64,000 nucleotides of DNA from an uncultured delta proteobacterium (GCA_963847445.1 CAWJZV010000011.1:1-64000), one strand, 5' to 3'. Shown: positions 1-9,864, counted from the stretch's first letter. Notes: a model not told the origin generated them from the sequence alone. Made by a program: numbers and translations.

Positions 1-82
1 ACCACGAAGTGCTTCATAGCTTGCGCTCGCCTACATAAAATGAAAATGGATGGGATTCCCTCCATAGGCGGTCTGCTTGACG

Positions 83-107
83 CGTCATTCCCGCGCACGC
101 GGGAATC
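83..107. repeat. CGTCATTCCCGC-GCGGGAATC hairpin repeat (intron target, 5' exon part)
   Basis: Stem ATTCCCGC/GCGGGAAT at 87-106; continues as CAGG after the intron at 849. Confidence 0.85.
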
Positions 108-848
108 GTGCGCCCGTGAGGGCGCCACATCAGCACGGTGAAAGTCCGTGTCGGAGTATGCCACAAACTCCGAAGTCGAAGGTAACTGCGTCGCTGTGAA
201 GCGAGGTGGAGAGCAACCGGAGGCGAAAAGTCGGTCCGTAGTAAAGCGAACTCGATTCGGCGGAGGAGCTGCGACGAGCCTGCGATTCCAGGGCGAAGTC
301 CGAAAACCGCTGGACACGCTGGCGTGGTGGTAAGCGATGTTCAGGCAGCCCACGTGGTTGGAGACGGAACGACAAGAAGGTGTGGCGAGGTAAGCGGGGA
401 GACCTGCATGGTAGGTGAGCTGTGCAGGAGTCAGAGCCTTCATGGTAGCGCAGCGGCCAAAAGCCGCGAAAAGCGCTGGAAGCAAAACGGCGCCGAGGGA
501 CGGGAGGCAGGAAGGTGGATACGTGAATTCCACACAGAGGTAGAGCGAAAGCAAAGCGTTGCCAGTGTCTGAAAGGACTACGCAAAGCGCAGAGACGCGC
601 GGCCGCGATTGGTCGTGGGTGGAAGCCTCGAAGTGGAGCGAACGCATGTTGGCGGCGCTGGTTAACGGCGTCATAAGAGGCAAGTAGCTAATGCTTTTTC
701 GCGCACAAGGGTTGTTCACCATTATTGCGATCCCTGTGTTAGCGAGCCAATCCCGATGAGGAAACCACCGACTGGAGAGCCGTGTGCGGGAGAACCGCAC
801 GCACGGTTCGGAGGGCGGGGACGGCGAAAGCCGTTCCCCGACCCCTAT
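108..848 (+). mobile_element. Group II intron, ORF-less (IEP internally deleted), AGC-triad domain V
   Basis: 5' end GTGCG at 108. Domain V GAGCCGTGTGCGGGAGAACCGCACGCACGGTTC at ~777-809, then the domain VI hairpin and a terminal CCTAT ending at 848. IEP remnants: N-terminal (WSWVEASKWSERMLAALVNGVIRGK*, 565-687) and C-terminal (AQGLFT..ASQSR*, ~690-759). Splicing the intron out restores the repeat GGGAATC^CAGG. Confidence 0.9.
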
Positions 849-866
849 CAGGTGACGGACAGTGTC

Positions 867-936
867 CGTCATACCGTTGAAAAACGGTATCCAGGTGGAT
901 GATGGGCCTGGATACCCGCTTTCGCGGGTATGACGG
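867..936. repeat. Two inverted copies of the CGTCAT..ATCCAGG hairpin family
   Basis: cgtcataccgttgaaaaacggtatccagg (867-895) and cctggatacccgctttcgcgggtatgacgg (907-936). Confidence 0.8.
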
Positions 937-1156
937 AACCCCGGAGGCTCTTCGATTGTGCAGATCATCCCCTTACAGGTATCTTCGGAAGGACATGGCG
1001 ACACGTCATCACAGGCACGAGCACGGAGTTCGGAGTGTCAATTATCCGGAACCTTCGTGTCCTTCGTATTGCTATCCAAAAACTAACACCAACATGTTTG
1101 TCATAGCGTACGGCTTTAATATTCCGGGAGTCGAACATTCTCGGATTCGGAAATTC

Positions 1157-1298
1157 CTCTCGCCAAGGCGCAAAGGCGCCAAGTTCGGAATTGTTGTCAT
1201 TTCGACCAGAGGGAGAAATCTCTCTTAGATCCCTCGCGTTCGCTCGGGATGACGGGCATAGGCCCGTCACCTTTGCGAGCTTAGCGCCTTTGCGAGAG
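1157..1298. repeat. Nested palindromic element (GCGCAAAG-type arms enclosing a GTCAT..ATGAC hairpin)
   Basis: Outer arms ctctcgccaaggcgcaaaggcgccaag / ctttgcgagcttagcgcctttgcgagag. Inner gtcatttcgacc..gggatgac at 1196-1253. Outer arms recur at ~50079-50204. Confidence 0.7.
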
Positions 1299-1399
1299 AT
1301 ATTCCGAGTTTTGATTGCGGCTGTTTGCCAACGGGCGAACCTCTTTTTCCCAGCCCAGTCTGGGAAAAAGCATGTACTACTACCCGTGATAGATTACGC

Positions 1400-1537
1400 G
1401 GCTTGCGCAAATTTCTCGATGCGCCAAAGCCAAGAGGGCGGGTTTCAAACCCGCCCCTACGACTCGCGATTTCTTTTTGCGCCCTTTGCGTTCTTTGCGG
1501 CCATTCTTCTTTTCGGTTGCGGCTCAGCCGCGCTAGG
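1400..1537 (+). repeat. Composite dispersed repeat, copy A (contains GGGCGGGTTTCAAACCCGCCCCTAC REP-like hairpin)
   Basis: Near-identical to 20702-20861 and, in reverse, to 8760-8885. Confidence 0.85.
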
Positions 1538-1689
1538 CACTACGTGGTGACATGACAACCTGAACGTGGCCCATTAATCATACTAAAGCCTGAAGAACCT
1601 AACTTGCTTTGTCAGACCGTGATTTGACTCCGTCAAGCACCGATCATATAAAAGATTTCTCACAATCGGCGAAGGGAGAGTTTAAGTTC

Positions 1690-3072
1690 ATGGCAAAGTT
1701 GGATTTATTGGTTAAAAATGGCGCGGTGTGGACGCCGGGCGGTTTTATCGACGCCGATATCGCGGTGAACGACGGCAAGATCATCGCGCTGGGCAAGCCG
1801 CCGGTGCTGCCGGACACGGCCGACCAGGTGATCGATGCCAAGGGGAAGAAAATCATCCCCGGCTTGGTCGATACCCACACCCATCATCGCGATCCTGGTT
1901 TCACTCATAAAGAAGATATTACTACCGCGACCATGGCCGCGGCCGCCGGCGGCGTGACCACGTCGATCGGCATGCCCAACGTCAATCCGCCGACGACTAC
2001 GGTGGAACGTTATCGCGCGCTGGTGCAACATCATAGCAAGAACGCGATTGTCGACTTCAACCACAATCCCTCCGGCACCGTGCCCGAGGAAATCCCCGGG
2101 CTCGCCAAAGAAGGACCGTTGGCGTTCAAGATCTTCATGGTCAAAGACACCGGCCGCGACTATCCGCATATGCCCGGCATCGGCATCAACAACAACGGCG
2201 AGCTGTTCAAATGTTTCGAAACCGTTGGCAGCACCGGCCTGCCGCTGATGGTGCATCCGCACGATCAGGATTTAATGGACGAGATCGAAGGACGCTACTG
2301 GAAGAAAGAAGACCGCAGCCCGCAGGCCTACGCCAAAGCTTACCGCGATTACGACGGCATCATATGGGACACGGCGATGGCGACGTTGTTCCGCATGCAA
2401 AAGGCGCTTGGCACGCCGCTGCATGTTCTCCACATGACCACGCCGGAAGGGATCGCCATGCTGCGCCGCGCCAAAGACGAAGGCCGGCCGTGCAGCTGCG
2501 AGGTCAATCCTTGGGCGATGTTTCTCGGCACCTGGGAGAATGTCGAGAAGATGGGGCCCTATTGCTTGGGCTTCTGGGTGCCGCCAGCCCATGTCAACGG
2601 ACTGTGGGAAGCGATCAACGATGGCACCATCGACATGATCGGCACCGATCACGCGCCGCACACCAAGGAGGAAAAAGACCGCGGCTGGACCGATATGTGG
2701 AGCTGTCCGGGCGGCGAACCGCAGATCCAAGATTACCTGAGTTTGTTCCTCGACGCGGTGAACCAAGACAAGCTGTCGCTCGATCGCTTGGTGCGCATCT
2801 CGTCATTCAACCCGGCCAAGGTTTTTAACATCTATCCAAAGAAGGGCGTGCTCCTGCCGGGCTCCGACGCCGACATGGTGATCGTCGACATGAACAAAGA
2901 GGCAGTGATCTCCAACGAGACCACCTACACCAAAGTCGGCTGGACGCCGTACCACGAACGCAAGGTCAAAGGCGTGCCGATCCGCACGATCCTGCGCGGC
3001 AAGACGGTGATGCTCGACGGCAAGATCACCGGCAAGCCGGGGGATGGGCAGTTGGTGAAGCCGGTGAGTTAG
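1690..3072 (+). CDS. Dihydroorotase/allantoinase-family amidohydrolase
   Basis: HTHHRDPG, GGVTT..MPN, KIFM and TDHAPH motifs; ATG at 1690 after GGGAGAG. Confidence 0.85.
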   Translation: MAKLDLLVKNGAVWTPGGFIDADIAVNDGKIIALGKPPVLPDTADQVIDAKGKKIIPGLVDTHTHHRDPGFTHKEDITTATMAAAAGGVTTSIGMPNVNPPTTTVERYRALVQHHSKNAIVDFNHNPSGTVPEEIPGLAKEGPLAFKIFMVKDTGRDYPHMPGIGINNNGELFKCFETVGSTGLPLMVHPHDQDLMDEIEGRYWKKEDRSPQAYAKAYRDYDGIIWDTAMATLFRMQKALGTPLHVLHMTTPEGIAMLRRAKDEGRPCSCEVNPWAMFLGTWENVEKMGPYCLGFWVPPAHVNGLWEAINDGTIDMIGTDHAPHTKEEKDRGWTDMWSCPGGEPQIQDYLSLFLDAVNQDKLSLDRLVRISSFNPAKVFNIYPKKGVLLPGSDADMVIVDMNKEAVISNETTYTKVGWTPYHERKVKGVPIRTILRGKTVMLDGKITGKPGDGQLVKPVS

Positions 3073-3146
3073 ACTGGATCTATCAGTTTGACCTGGGTCG
3101 ATGGGTATTGATATATAGAGACATCAACATTCTCGGAGGAGTAATA

Positions 3147-3594
3147 ATGACTAGAATCGTACGAGTTTTTCTTGCTGTTTTTAGTCTTCAATTCTTCGTG
3201 ATCTCCGGTGCGACGTTCTCGTTGGCACAAGTCGATCCAACGAAGGCGCTGATTGGTACTTGGGAGGGGCAGGTACAGGTATCAAAGCAAATGGGACGGA
3301 CACTCACCATCAATTCGGTAAAGGCAAAGGGCGATGGTGAATGGGTCGCGCGGGGCAGGTACGCCATAGAGGGGATGGAAAGTAAAGAGACGACTGGCGG
3401 ACAAGCAATGAGCGTATCGTCAAAAGACAATGAAATCTATCTTGAGTTTACTACAGGGAGCGTCCAAGAATCCTGTGAAACTCAAGCTGGTGGGTGAAAA
3501 CAAGCTTGAAGGCACGACTGATTTTGGCGGCAAGGTACGCGAAAGAAAAACTGGTGCTTGAAAAAGTGGCACCGAAAGCGGGAGACATCAAGTA
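3147..3594 (+). CDS. Hypothetical secreted protein (apparent frameshifts near C-terminus)
   Basis: GGAG RBS, signal peptide, LIGTWEG motif; reading continues in a shifted frame after ~3465. Confidence 0.5.
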
Positions 3595-3735
3595 AGTTTT
3601 GTCCGGCTTGCGTTCCCTAATCCCAATTCTATCGTTAAGTCAAAAACAGCGGAAGAGCATCTTGAATGTTCTTCCGCTGTTTCTTTGATAGTCACAGGAA
3701 AATTGTCGATAGGTGACTGGTGTCCCTCGCCATTC

Positions 3736-5067
3736 TTAGGTCGCGGGGCCTTCGACCTGTTCGTCCGGATCGATCTTATTGACGATCAGGCCCGAGCTTA
3801 GCTTCGGATAAAAGTAGGTCGATTTCTGCGGCATCTTTTCATTGGCGGCGACGATGTTTTGGATTTCTTCTGCCTTGGTGGCGTTCAAAATAAACGCGGC
3901 CTGGTAGTCTTCTTTTTCCAAAGCTTGCAGCACGGCTTCTTCATCCTGCGAGTAGCGGATGGTGGCGCCGCTGACTTGCTGCTCGGGGGACATGCCGAGA
4001 ATATGCTCGAGGACCAGTAGGTGCAGCGTGCTGACATCGAGTTCCCGCAACGGCGCGCTCATGTCTTTGGCCAAGCGCTGCATGATGCGTTTGTTTTTCA
4101 GCCGCAGGATCAAATAACGCGGGTCGCGCTTGAAGCTGGCGCCGATGACGCGGTGCTTCTTGGCGGCGTTCTTGAGGGCTTTCAAAAACGAAGTCTTGCC
4201 TTCCGGCGTCTTCGGATGCTGCTCGACGTAAAAATAGGTTTGCAGCGCCTCTTCCAGTTCCAAAAACGGCTTGTGGTTGAAGCCGCGCACCAGCCGATGG
4301 GTCGGCAAAATGACGACATTGTCGTCATTGATATTGGCGAAATAGGTCAAGATAAAGTTATACGCTTCATTGCCGCTGCCTGGGCCGCGCTCGCTGCGCA
4401 GCTGGTCGCGGTAGCGCAGCGTGGCTTCGTAGCGATGGTGGCCGTCGGCGATCAGCAGGGTCTGCTCGGCCATTTCCCGCTGGACTTTTTCGATGACCGC
4501 CGAGTCGGTGATGCGCCATAGCTTCAACTCGTCGCCGTTGTCCAGTACGGTTTCGATGAATGGCGCCATGCCTTCGACGGCGACGCTGAGAATGATCTGG
4601 ATCGTCGGTTTCGGTTGAGCGTAGAGGACGAAGATCGGGCTCAACTGGGCGTGACAGGCGAGCATGAGTTTCAGCCGGTCTTCTTTGGGCGCGTCGAGGG
4701 TCTTTTCGTGAGGCTTGATCGCGCCGGTGGCAAATTCTTGCAGTTCGGTCAAAGCGAAAAAGCCCAGCCGGACTTTTTGCTCGCCGCTCTTGAGCTTGAA
4801 GCGGTGCGCCGAGAAATAAATCGCCGGCGCTTCATCCCGTTCCAGAATCCCCTGGCTCTGCCACTCGCCGAACAGCTGGGCGACGGCGTTGTAAGAGTCG
4901 GCTTCTTGATTGAGATCGAGCCGGACGAAGTTATAGACCGACTTCTTATAGAGCTTGTCTTGCTCTTCCGTGGAGATCACGTCGTAGGGCGGCGCGATCA
5001 CCTTGCTCAAATCTTTGATTTTTTTTGGGCTGTAACAGAGTGCTCGAAACGGCGCTATACGTATCAT
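3736..5067 (-). CDS. DUF1015 family protein
   Basis: PPYDVIS, PHEKT, IADGHHRY and MPQKSTYFYPK motifs. Confidence 0.9.
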   Translation of the reverse strand: MIRIAPFRALCYSPKKIKDLSKVIAPPYDVISTEEQDKLYKKSVYNFVRLDLNQEADSYNAVAQLFGEWQSQGILERDEAPAIYFSAHRFKLKSGEQKVRLGFFALTELQEFATGAIKPHEKTLDAPKEDRLKLMLACHAQLSPIFVLYAQPKPTIQIILSVAVEGMAPFIETVLDNGDELKLWRITDSAVIEKVQREMAEQTLLIADGHHRYEATLRYRDQLRSERGPGSGNEAYNFILTYFANINDDNVVILPTHRLVRGFNHKPFLELEEALQTYFYVEQHPKTPEGKTSFLKALKNAAKKHRVIGASFKRDPRYLILRLKNKRIMQRLAKDMSAPLRELDVSTLHLLVLEHILGMSPEQQVSGATIRYSQDEEAVLQALEKEDYQAAFILNATKAEEIQNIVAANEKMPQKSTYFYPKLSSGLIVNKIDPDEQVEGPAT

Positions 5068-5089
5068 TATGTTTGAATCCGCTCGGTGA

Positions 5090-5962
5090 TTAGCTTTCCT
5101 TGGCCACGCCTTGGTTCATGGCGCCGATGCCTTCGATCTCCGATTTCAGAACATCGCCGGGTTTCAGTTTCTCTTGAAACTCCGGTGAGTCCGGATTGCC
5201 GGTGGTCAATAGATCGCCGGGATAGAGCGTGGTCACTTGGGACAGAAAACTGATCTGTGTGGCGATGTCGTTGATCATGGCGTCGGTCTTCGCCGATTGT
5301 TTCAACTCGCCGTTGATCCACAGCTTCATCCAGAGATTATGCGGATCGGCGATTTCATCTTTGGTCGTGATCCATGGGCCGATGGGGGCGAAGGTCTCGA
5401 ATCCTTTGCGCACGCTGCGCGTACCGCCCATATTCTTGCTCTTGCCGTAGCCGCGCGCGGTGACATCTTGCATGATGGTGTAGCCGAACACGGCGTCCAT
5501 GGCTTGGGCCTTGCTCAGATGGCGCACTTTTTTGCCGATGACCACGCAAAGCTCGAGCTCGGGAAAGATCGACTCGGCATCCTTTGGGATGACAATATTG
5601 TCTTCCGGTCCGGCGATGGCGGACGGCGGCTTTAAGAAAATATTCTCTAGCAGCTCTTCCGGCGAAATCGTCGATGCCGCGCCACGGCCGCGGCCGGCGT
5701 CGAGTCCGCCGGTGCCGCGCTTGTAGTTGCCGGCCGCGGCATAGATTTTCGACGGCCGCTCCACCGGCGGCTTGAGCAATTTGGCGTCGAGCTTGACACC
5801 GCCGCCCTTGGCGACGAGGTCGGCTAAGGCGCCTTTGATTTGATCGTATTGAGCGATCAGATCGATCATGGTCGCCCCCTTGGGCAATACGCCGGTGATC
5901 GGAATCAGCGTGTCGTTGTGAACTATGGCGAGGCCGTCAGGTTTGATCGTGGCGAATTTCAT
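5090..5962 (-). CDS. Fumarylacetoacetate hydrolase family protein
   Basis: FLKP, ELELCVVIGK, DVTAR, GPWI and TLYPGDLLTTG motifs. Confidence 0.9.
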   Translation of the reverse strand: MKFATIKPDGLAIVHNDTLIPITGVLPKGATMIDLIAQYDQIKGALADLVAKGGGVKLDAKLLKPPVERPSKIYAAAGNYKRGTGGLDAGRGRGAASTISPEELLENIFLKPPSAIAGPEDNIVIPKDAESIFPELELCVVIGKKVRHLSKAQAMDAVFGYTIMQDVTARGYGKSKNMGGTRSVRKGFETFAPIGPWITTKDEIADPHNLWMKLWINGELKQSAKTDAMINDIATQISFLSQVTTLYPGDLLTTGNPDSPEFQEKLKPGDVLKSEIEGIGAMNQGVAKES

Positions 5963-6101
5963 CGGCAGTTCCTTTCAGTGTGACTATTTTAAATATCTGG
6001 AAGTAGCGATTTTGACAAGCTGGCGGGGCATAATGCGCGCCGTTAGTCTGAACTCGGAGTTATCTCCGAAAGTTGTTCTGGGCTTCTCGAGGGGAAGTAT
6101 T

Positions 6102-6263
6102 CACCACAGAGGCGGAGAGATTCACAGAGATCCGGAGTAGTTTTTATCAAGAATTTCTTTTCTCCGCGTCCTCTGCGTCTCCGCGGTGTCATGCCCGATC
6201 CCTGGATGGTCTATCCGGCGGCGCAGATCCAGACGAGATTTCTCGCTGCGCTCGAAATGACAG
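6102..6263. repeat. CACCGCAGAG-type 9-bp-periodic palindrome followed by a GTCAT..ATGAC hairpin
   Basis: caccacagaggcggagag..ctctgcgtctccgcggtg, similar to 30785-30867; gagatttctcgctgcgctcgaaatgac follows. Confidence 0.7.
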
Positions 6264-6360
6264 GTCATGGGTTGCTGGCATTCCGGACGCGACGGCAGAT
6301 TGTCCAACTGAACCGCCATCGATCAATTGATCCACTGACATCGCTATGGCATAAAAAACC

Positions 6361-7228
6361 GTGACTGAATCTTGGTTGCATCTCACGGTTCATACCAGCG
6401 CCGCCTGTCTGGACGCCGTCGCGAATTTTTTGACCGAGAGCGGCTCGTCGGGCGTCGTCTTAAAGCGCCGGGCGGTGGAGGCTTATTTCCCCAATAATCG
6501 CAATGCCGCGGCGCTCAAGCGCGCGGTTCACCGCTTCGTCATGGATGTTGTCAAACTCCAAGGCCGCAGCAGCAAGCCGCGCTTGTCGTGGCAGATCGCC
6601 CGGCCGGAAAACTGGCAGAACTCTTGGAAGCGCTTTATCCGGCCGAGCCGGGTCGGCAAACAGTTTTGGGTGACGCCGCCCTGGCTAACGCCGCCGCAGT
6701 TTCGCTCGCGCCAGGTGATCACCATTGAGCCCGGCATGGCGTTTCGGCACCGGCACCCATGCGACCACGCGCGGCTGTTTGGAATTTATCGAGCAGGTCG
6801 CGGCGTTATTGCCACCGGTGAAATTCACCGCGCTCGATGTCGGCACCGGCTCGGGAATCCTGGCGATCGCGTTGGCGAAGTTGGGGGCCAAGCGGGTGTG
6901 GGCGCTGGACAACGATCCGGTGGCGCTTGGCGTCGCTCGGGAGAATTTTCATGTCAATCGAGTAGCGGACAAAGTCCAGCTGTCCGCGACCTCGCTGAAC
7001 CGCCTCAAAAGAAAGTTCCTCGTCGTTGTCGGAAATCTTACGGCGGAAACGATTGTCGCGCTTGCCAGCGCCATGGCGCCAAGAGTTGCGGCTGGCGGGT
7101 ATTTGATTTTGTCCGGCATCCTGCATGACAAGGCGGCCTCGGTGCTGCGCTGTTTTGTGCCGCGCTTTCGCGTCGTCAAACGCCAGCGGGCGCGCGAGTG
7201 GGTGACATTGCTTTTGCAACGGCGCTAG
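6361..7228 (+). CDS. prmA: Ribosomal protein L11 methyltransferase (1-nt frameshift near 6745)
   Basis: IEPGMAF|GTGTHATT split across frames; LDVGTGSGILA; LSGI; lies upstream of rsmE. Confidence 0.88.
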
Positions 7229-7234
7229 CAACTT

Positions 7235-7975
7235 ATGGCTCGTTTCTTCGTCCGCAAAGAGAATATTCAAGCGACCAGCGCGACCCTCGCCGGCCAGGAG
7301 CTGGAGCATTTGCGCCGCGTGCTGCGCTTGACCGCGGGCGATGTCGTGACGCTGTTCGATGACACCGGCTGGGAACATGAGGCGGTGATTCGCACTCTTC
7401 ACGCCGATCGGGGAGAACTGGAAATTCGTCATTCCTATGACGCCGGTAGAGAATCTCCACTGGCGCTGACTTTGGCGCTCGGGTTAACCAAGGGCGAAAA
7501 GATGGACTTCGTCGTCGAGAAGGCGACGGAGCTTGGCGTCGGCTCGATCATGCCGTTTACCTCAAGTTTCACCGTGCCCAAGCTCGACGACAAGAAAATC
7601 GCCAAACGCACCGAGCGTTGGCAGAAGATCGCGCTGAGCGCGGCGAAACAATGCGGCCGGACTCGGGTGCCGGAGATTTTGCCGCTGTGCGAGTTCGATG
7701 CGATGGTTGAGGGTGCCGGCGCGAGCCAGCTCAAGTTGTTATTCTGGGAAAAGGAGACGGCGCGATCGCTGCGCCAGGTGCACGAGGCGAATGCTACCGC
7801 GACCGCGATCTTAGTCGCCGTCGGCCCCGAGGGCGGCTTAAGCGGCGCCGAGGCCCAATTGGCAGCGGCGCGGGATTTCCACAGCGTCCATTTAGGCCGG
7901 CGCATTCTGCGCGCTGAGACTGCGGCGGTGACTGCTTTATCGTTGGTGCAGTTCCTTTGGGGTGATTTGATTTAG
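7235..7975 (+). CDS. rsmE: 16S rRNA m3U1498 methyltransferase
   Basis: HLRRVLR, KATELGV, GPEGG and LGRRILRAETA motifs. Confidence 0.95.
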   Translation: MARFFVRKENIQATSATLAGQELEHLRRVLRLTAGDVVTLFDDTGWEHEAVIRTLHADRGELEIRHSYDAGRESPLALTLALGLTKGEKMDFVVEKATELGVGSIMPFTSSFTVPKLDDKKIAKRTERWQKIALSAAKQCGRTRVPEILPLCEFDAMVEGAGASQLKLLFWEKETARSLRQVHEANATATAILVAVGPEGGLSGAEAQLAAARDFHSVHLGRRILRAETAAVTALSLVQFLWGDLI

Positions 7976-7981
7976 CGCGGC

Positions 7982-8010
7982 TTGCCTTGGCGCGGCACAA
8001 CTTTTAGCAT
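7982..8010 (+). promoter_or_regulatory. Putative sigma70 promoter of the RDD gene
   Basis: TTGCCT-17 nt-TAGCAT just upstream of ATG 8023. Confidence 0.45.
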
Positions 8011-8022
8011 GAGTTAATTAGA

Positions 8023-8724
8023 ATGTTCGCTGAACAAAACTTGAAATGCCAGAACTGTGAAGCTCCAGTCGTGGCCGCCGACGAACTTTGCGGCAAGTGC
8101 GGCGCTAAGCTGTTGCACCGCCGGGTGCTCATGGGCGTGCCGAAGCCGGAGAACTTTAGTTTAAGCGCGGAGGAAAACCAGCCTGACGTTGACGAGGATG
8201 CCGCGTGCGACGAACGGGAGTTCCCAACTCGGGCTGAGTTGGCACGGTTCGGGAATCCTACGCCGCCAACGCCCGAACCGATGGCAGGCGTGCGCTGGGG
8301 CGGCTTTTTCCGCCGCGCCAATGCGTTGACCATCGATCTGTTCGTGATCGCTTTGCTATCGTCAATCATGGGTGCTATGGCCTACGTGGGCTACAAAGTC
8401 GGCCTCGGCGCCCATGGGCAGGTCATCTCCAGCGACAACGCCGCGGCGCTGTTCGCCATCCTCACACTGGGCTGGCTGGGCTTGACCAGCGCTTATTTCA
8501 TCGTCATGCATGGACTGGGCGGTCAGACCATCGGCAAGACGTTACTCGGCCTGCGCGTCGTCGGTGCCGATCGTCAGCCGCCGAGCTTTCGCCAAGCGGC
8601 GCTTCGCTGGCTCGCGGCGGTGGGCTTCGCGCCCATTGGCCTCGGCTTTCTCTGGGTGCTCTGGCAGTCTGAGAAGCGCGGCTGGCATGACATTGTCGCG
8701 CGCACTTGGGTCGTGCGCGAGTAA
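8023..8724 (+). CDS. RDD family membrane protein with N-terminal zinc ribbon
   Basis: CxxC..CxxC; RR..A..ID; GQTIGK..LRVV; RGWHD motifs. Confidence 0.88.
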   Translation: MFAEQNLKCQNCEAPVVAADELCGKCGAKLLHRRVLMGVPKPENFSLSAEENQPDVDEDAACDEREFPTRAELARFGNPTPPTPEPMAGVRWGGFFRRANALTIDLFVIALLSSIMGAMAYVGYKVGLGAHGQVISSDNAAALFAILTLGWLGLTSAYFIVMHGLGGQTIGKTLLGLRVVGADRQPPSFRQAALRWLAAVGFAPIGLGFLWVLWQSEKRGWHDIVARTWVVRE

Positions 8725-8759
8725 GTAGCCGTTTGTCCGGAGTATCTCACCACGAAGGT

Positions 8760-8885
8760 CCTAGCGCGGCACAGCCGGCAACCGAAAAGAGGAATGGCCG
8801 CACCCTTCGACGGTACTCAGGGCGATCGGCACGCAAAGGGCGCAAAAAAGAATCGGCAGTAGGGGCGGGTTTGAAACCCGCCCTG
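8760..8885 (-). repeat. Composite dispersed repeat, copy C (with 27-bp CCCTGAG..GTCGAAGGG insert at 8803-8829)
   Basis: Reverse complement aligns with 1435-1537 and 20737-20861. Confidence 0.8.
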
Positions 8886-8901
8886 TGAGGATGCAATCGT
8901 C

Positions 8902-9864
8902 ATGAGTAAATTGCGCATCGGGGTCGTGATGGACCCCGTCGACAACATCAACATCGACAAGGACACCACCTTCGTTCTGATGCTCGAAGCCCAGCGGCGC
9001 GGCCATGAACTTTATTTCATGGAAGTCGACGATCTGTTCGCGCGCGGCGGCGCCACCCATGGCCGCTATCGCCGGCTGCAACTGGCCCGTGCCACCCCTC
9101 ACGCACAACTCGGTGAGTTTGCCACCGGATCGCTGGCGGATTTCGACACGGTGTGGATGCGCAAAGATCCGCCTTTCGACATGAAATTTTTCTTCGCCAC
9201 TCATCTGCTCAGTCTGATCGACGCGAGCAAATGTTTTCTCATGAACAATCCCAAGGGGCTGCGCGAAGCCAACGAAAAACTTTATGCCATGCGCTTTCCG
9301 GAACAGATCCCGCAGACGCTGGTGAGCAGCAATATGGAGCGGCTGCGCTCGTTCATGGATGAGCTGGGCGGCGAGCTGATCGTCAAGCCGCTGGACGGCT
9401 GCGGCGGCAGCGGTGTGTTTTACTTGAACGGCCAGGACCGCAACACCAATTCGATTCTCGAAGCGGCCACCGACAACGGCCGGCGGCTGGTGATGGGGCA
9501 ACGCTACCTGCCCGAGATCCGCCAAGGCGACAAACGAATTATCGTTCTCAACGGCGAGCCGCTTGGCGCGGTCTTGCGCGTGCCGCTGGAGTCCGAGACC
9601 CGCGGCAACATTCATGTCGGCGGCCAGTGCGTGAAGAGCGAAGTGACGGAGCGCGACCGGGAGATTTGCGCCGCGCTGGCGCCGCTTTTGCGCGCGGATG
9701 GGCTTTACTTCGTCGGTCTGGACGTGATCGGCAACTTTCTCACCGAGGTTAACGTGACCAGCCCGACGGGAATCCAAGAGATTAATTCTTTAAACGGCGT
9801 GCGCCTCGAAAGCCAAGTCATCGATTTCGTCGAAAGCCAGGTCGAAAAGCTCGCCAAGAGCTAG
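8902..9864 (+). CDS. gshB: Glutathione synthetase
   Basis: VMDP..KDTT, MRKDPPFD, NEKL, KPLDGCGG, GDKRI and EVNVTSPTG motifs. Confidence 0.95.
   Translation: MSKLRIGVVMDPVDNINIDKDTTFVLMLEAQRRGHELYFMEVDDLFARGGATHGRYRRLQLARATPHAQLGEFATGSLADFDTVWMRKDPPFDMKFFFATHLLSLIDASKCFLMNNPKGLREANEKLYAMRFPEQIPQTLVSSNMERLRSFMDELGGELIVKPLDGCGGSGVFYLNGQDRNTNSILEAATDNGRRLVMGQRYLPEIRQGDKRIIVLNGEPLGAVLRVPLESETRGNIHVGGQCVKSEVTERDREICAALAPLLRADGLYFVGLDVIGNFLTEVNVTSPTGIQEINSLNGVRLESQVIDFVESQVEKLAKS

Noticed and set aside
130-585. ORFs overlapping the intron (e.g. 151 aa on the minus strand)
   Set aside because: They are shadow ORFs of the structured intron RNA, with no recognisable motifs.
899-1555. ORFs in repeat-rich intergenic DNA (also 20550-20917, 28148-28498)
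   Set aside because: They are translations of repeat elements; identical peptides (EGGFQTRPY) recur only because the DNA repeat recurs.
6012-6034. TTGACA..CATAAT promoter for prmA
   Set aside because: The spacer is only 11 nt.
8761-9777. Long antisense ORFs (e.g. 338 aa opposite gshB, 300 aa opposite the permease)
   Set aside because: These are typical of high-GC codon bias opposite real genes.
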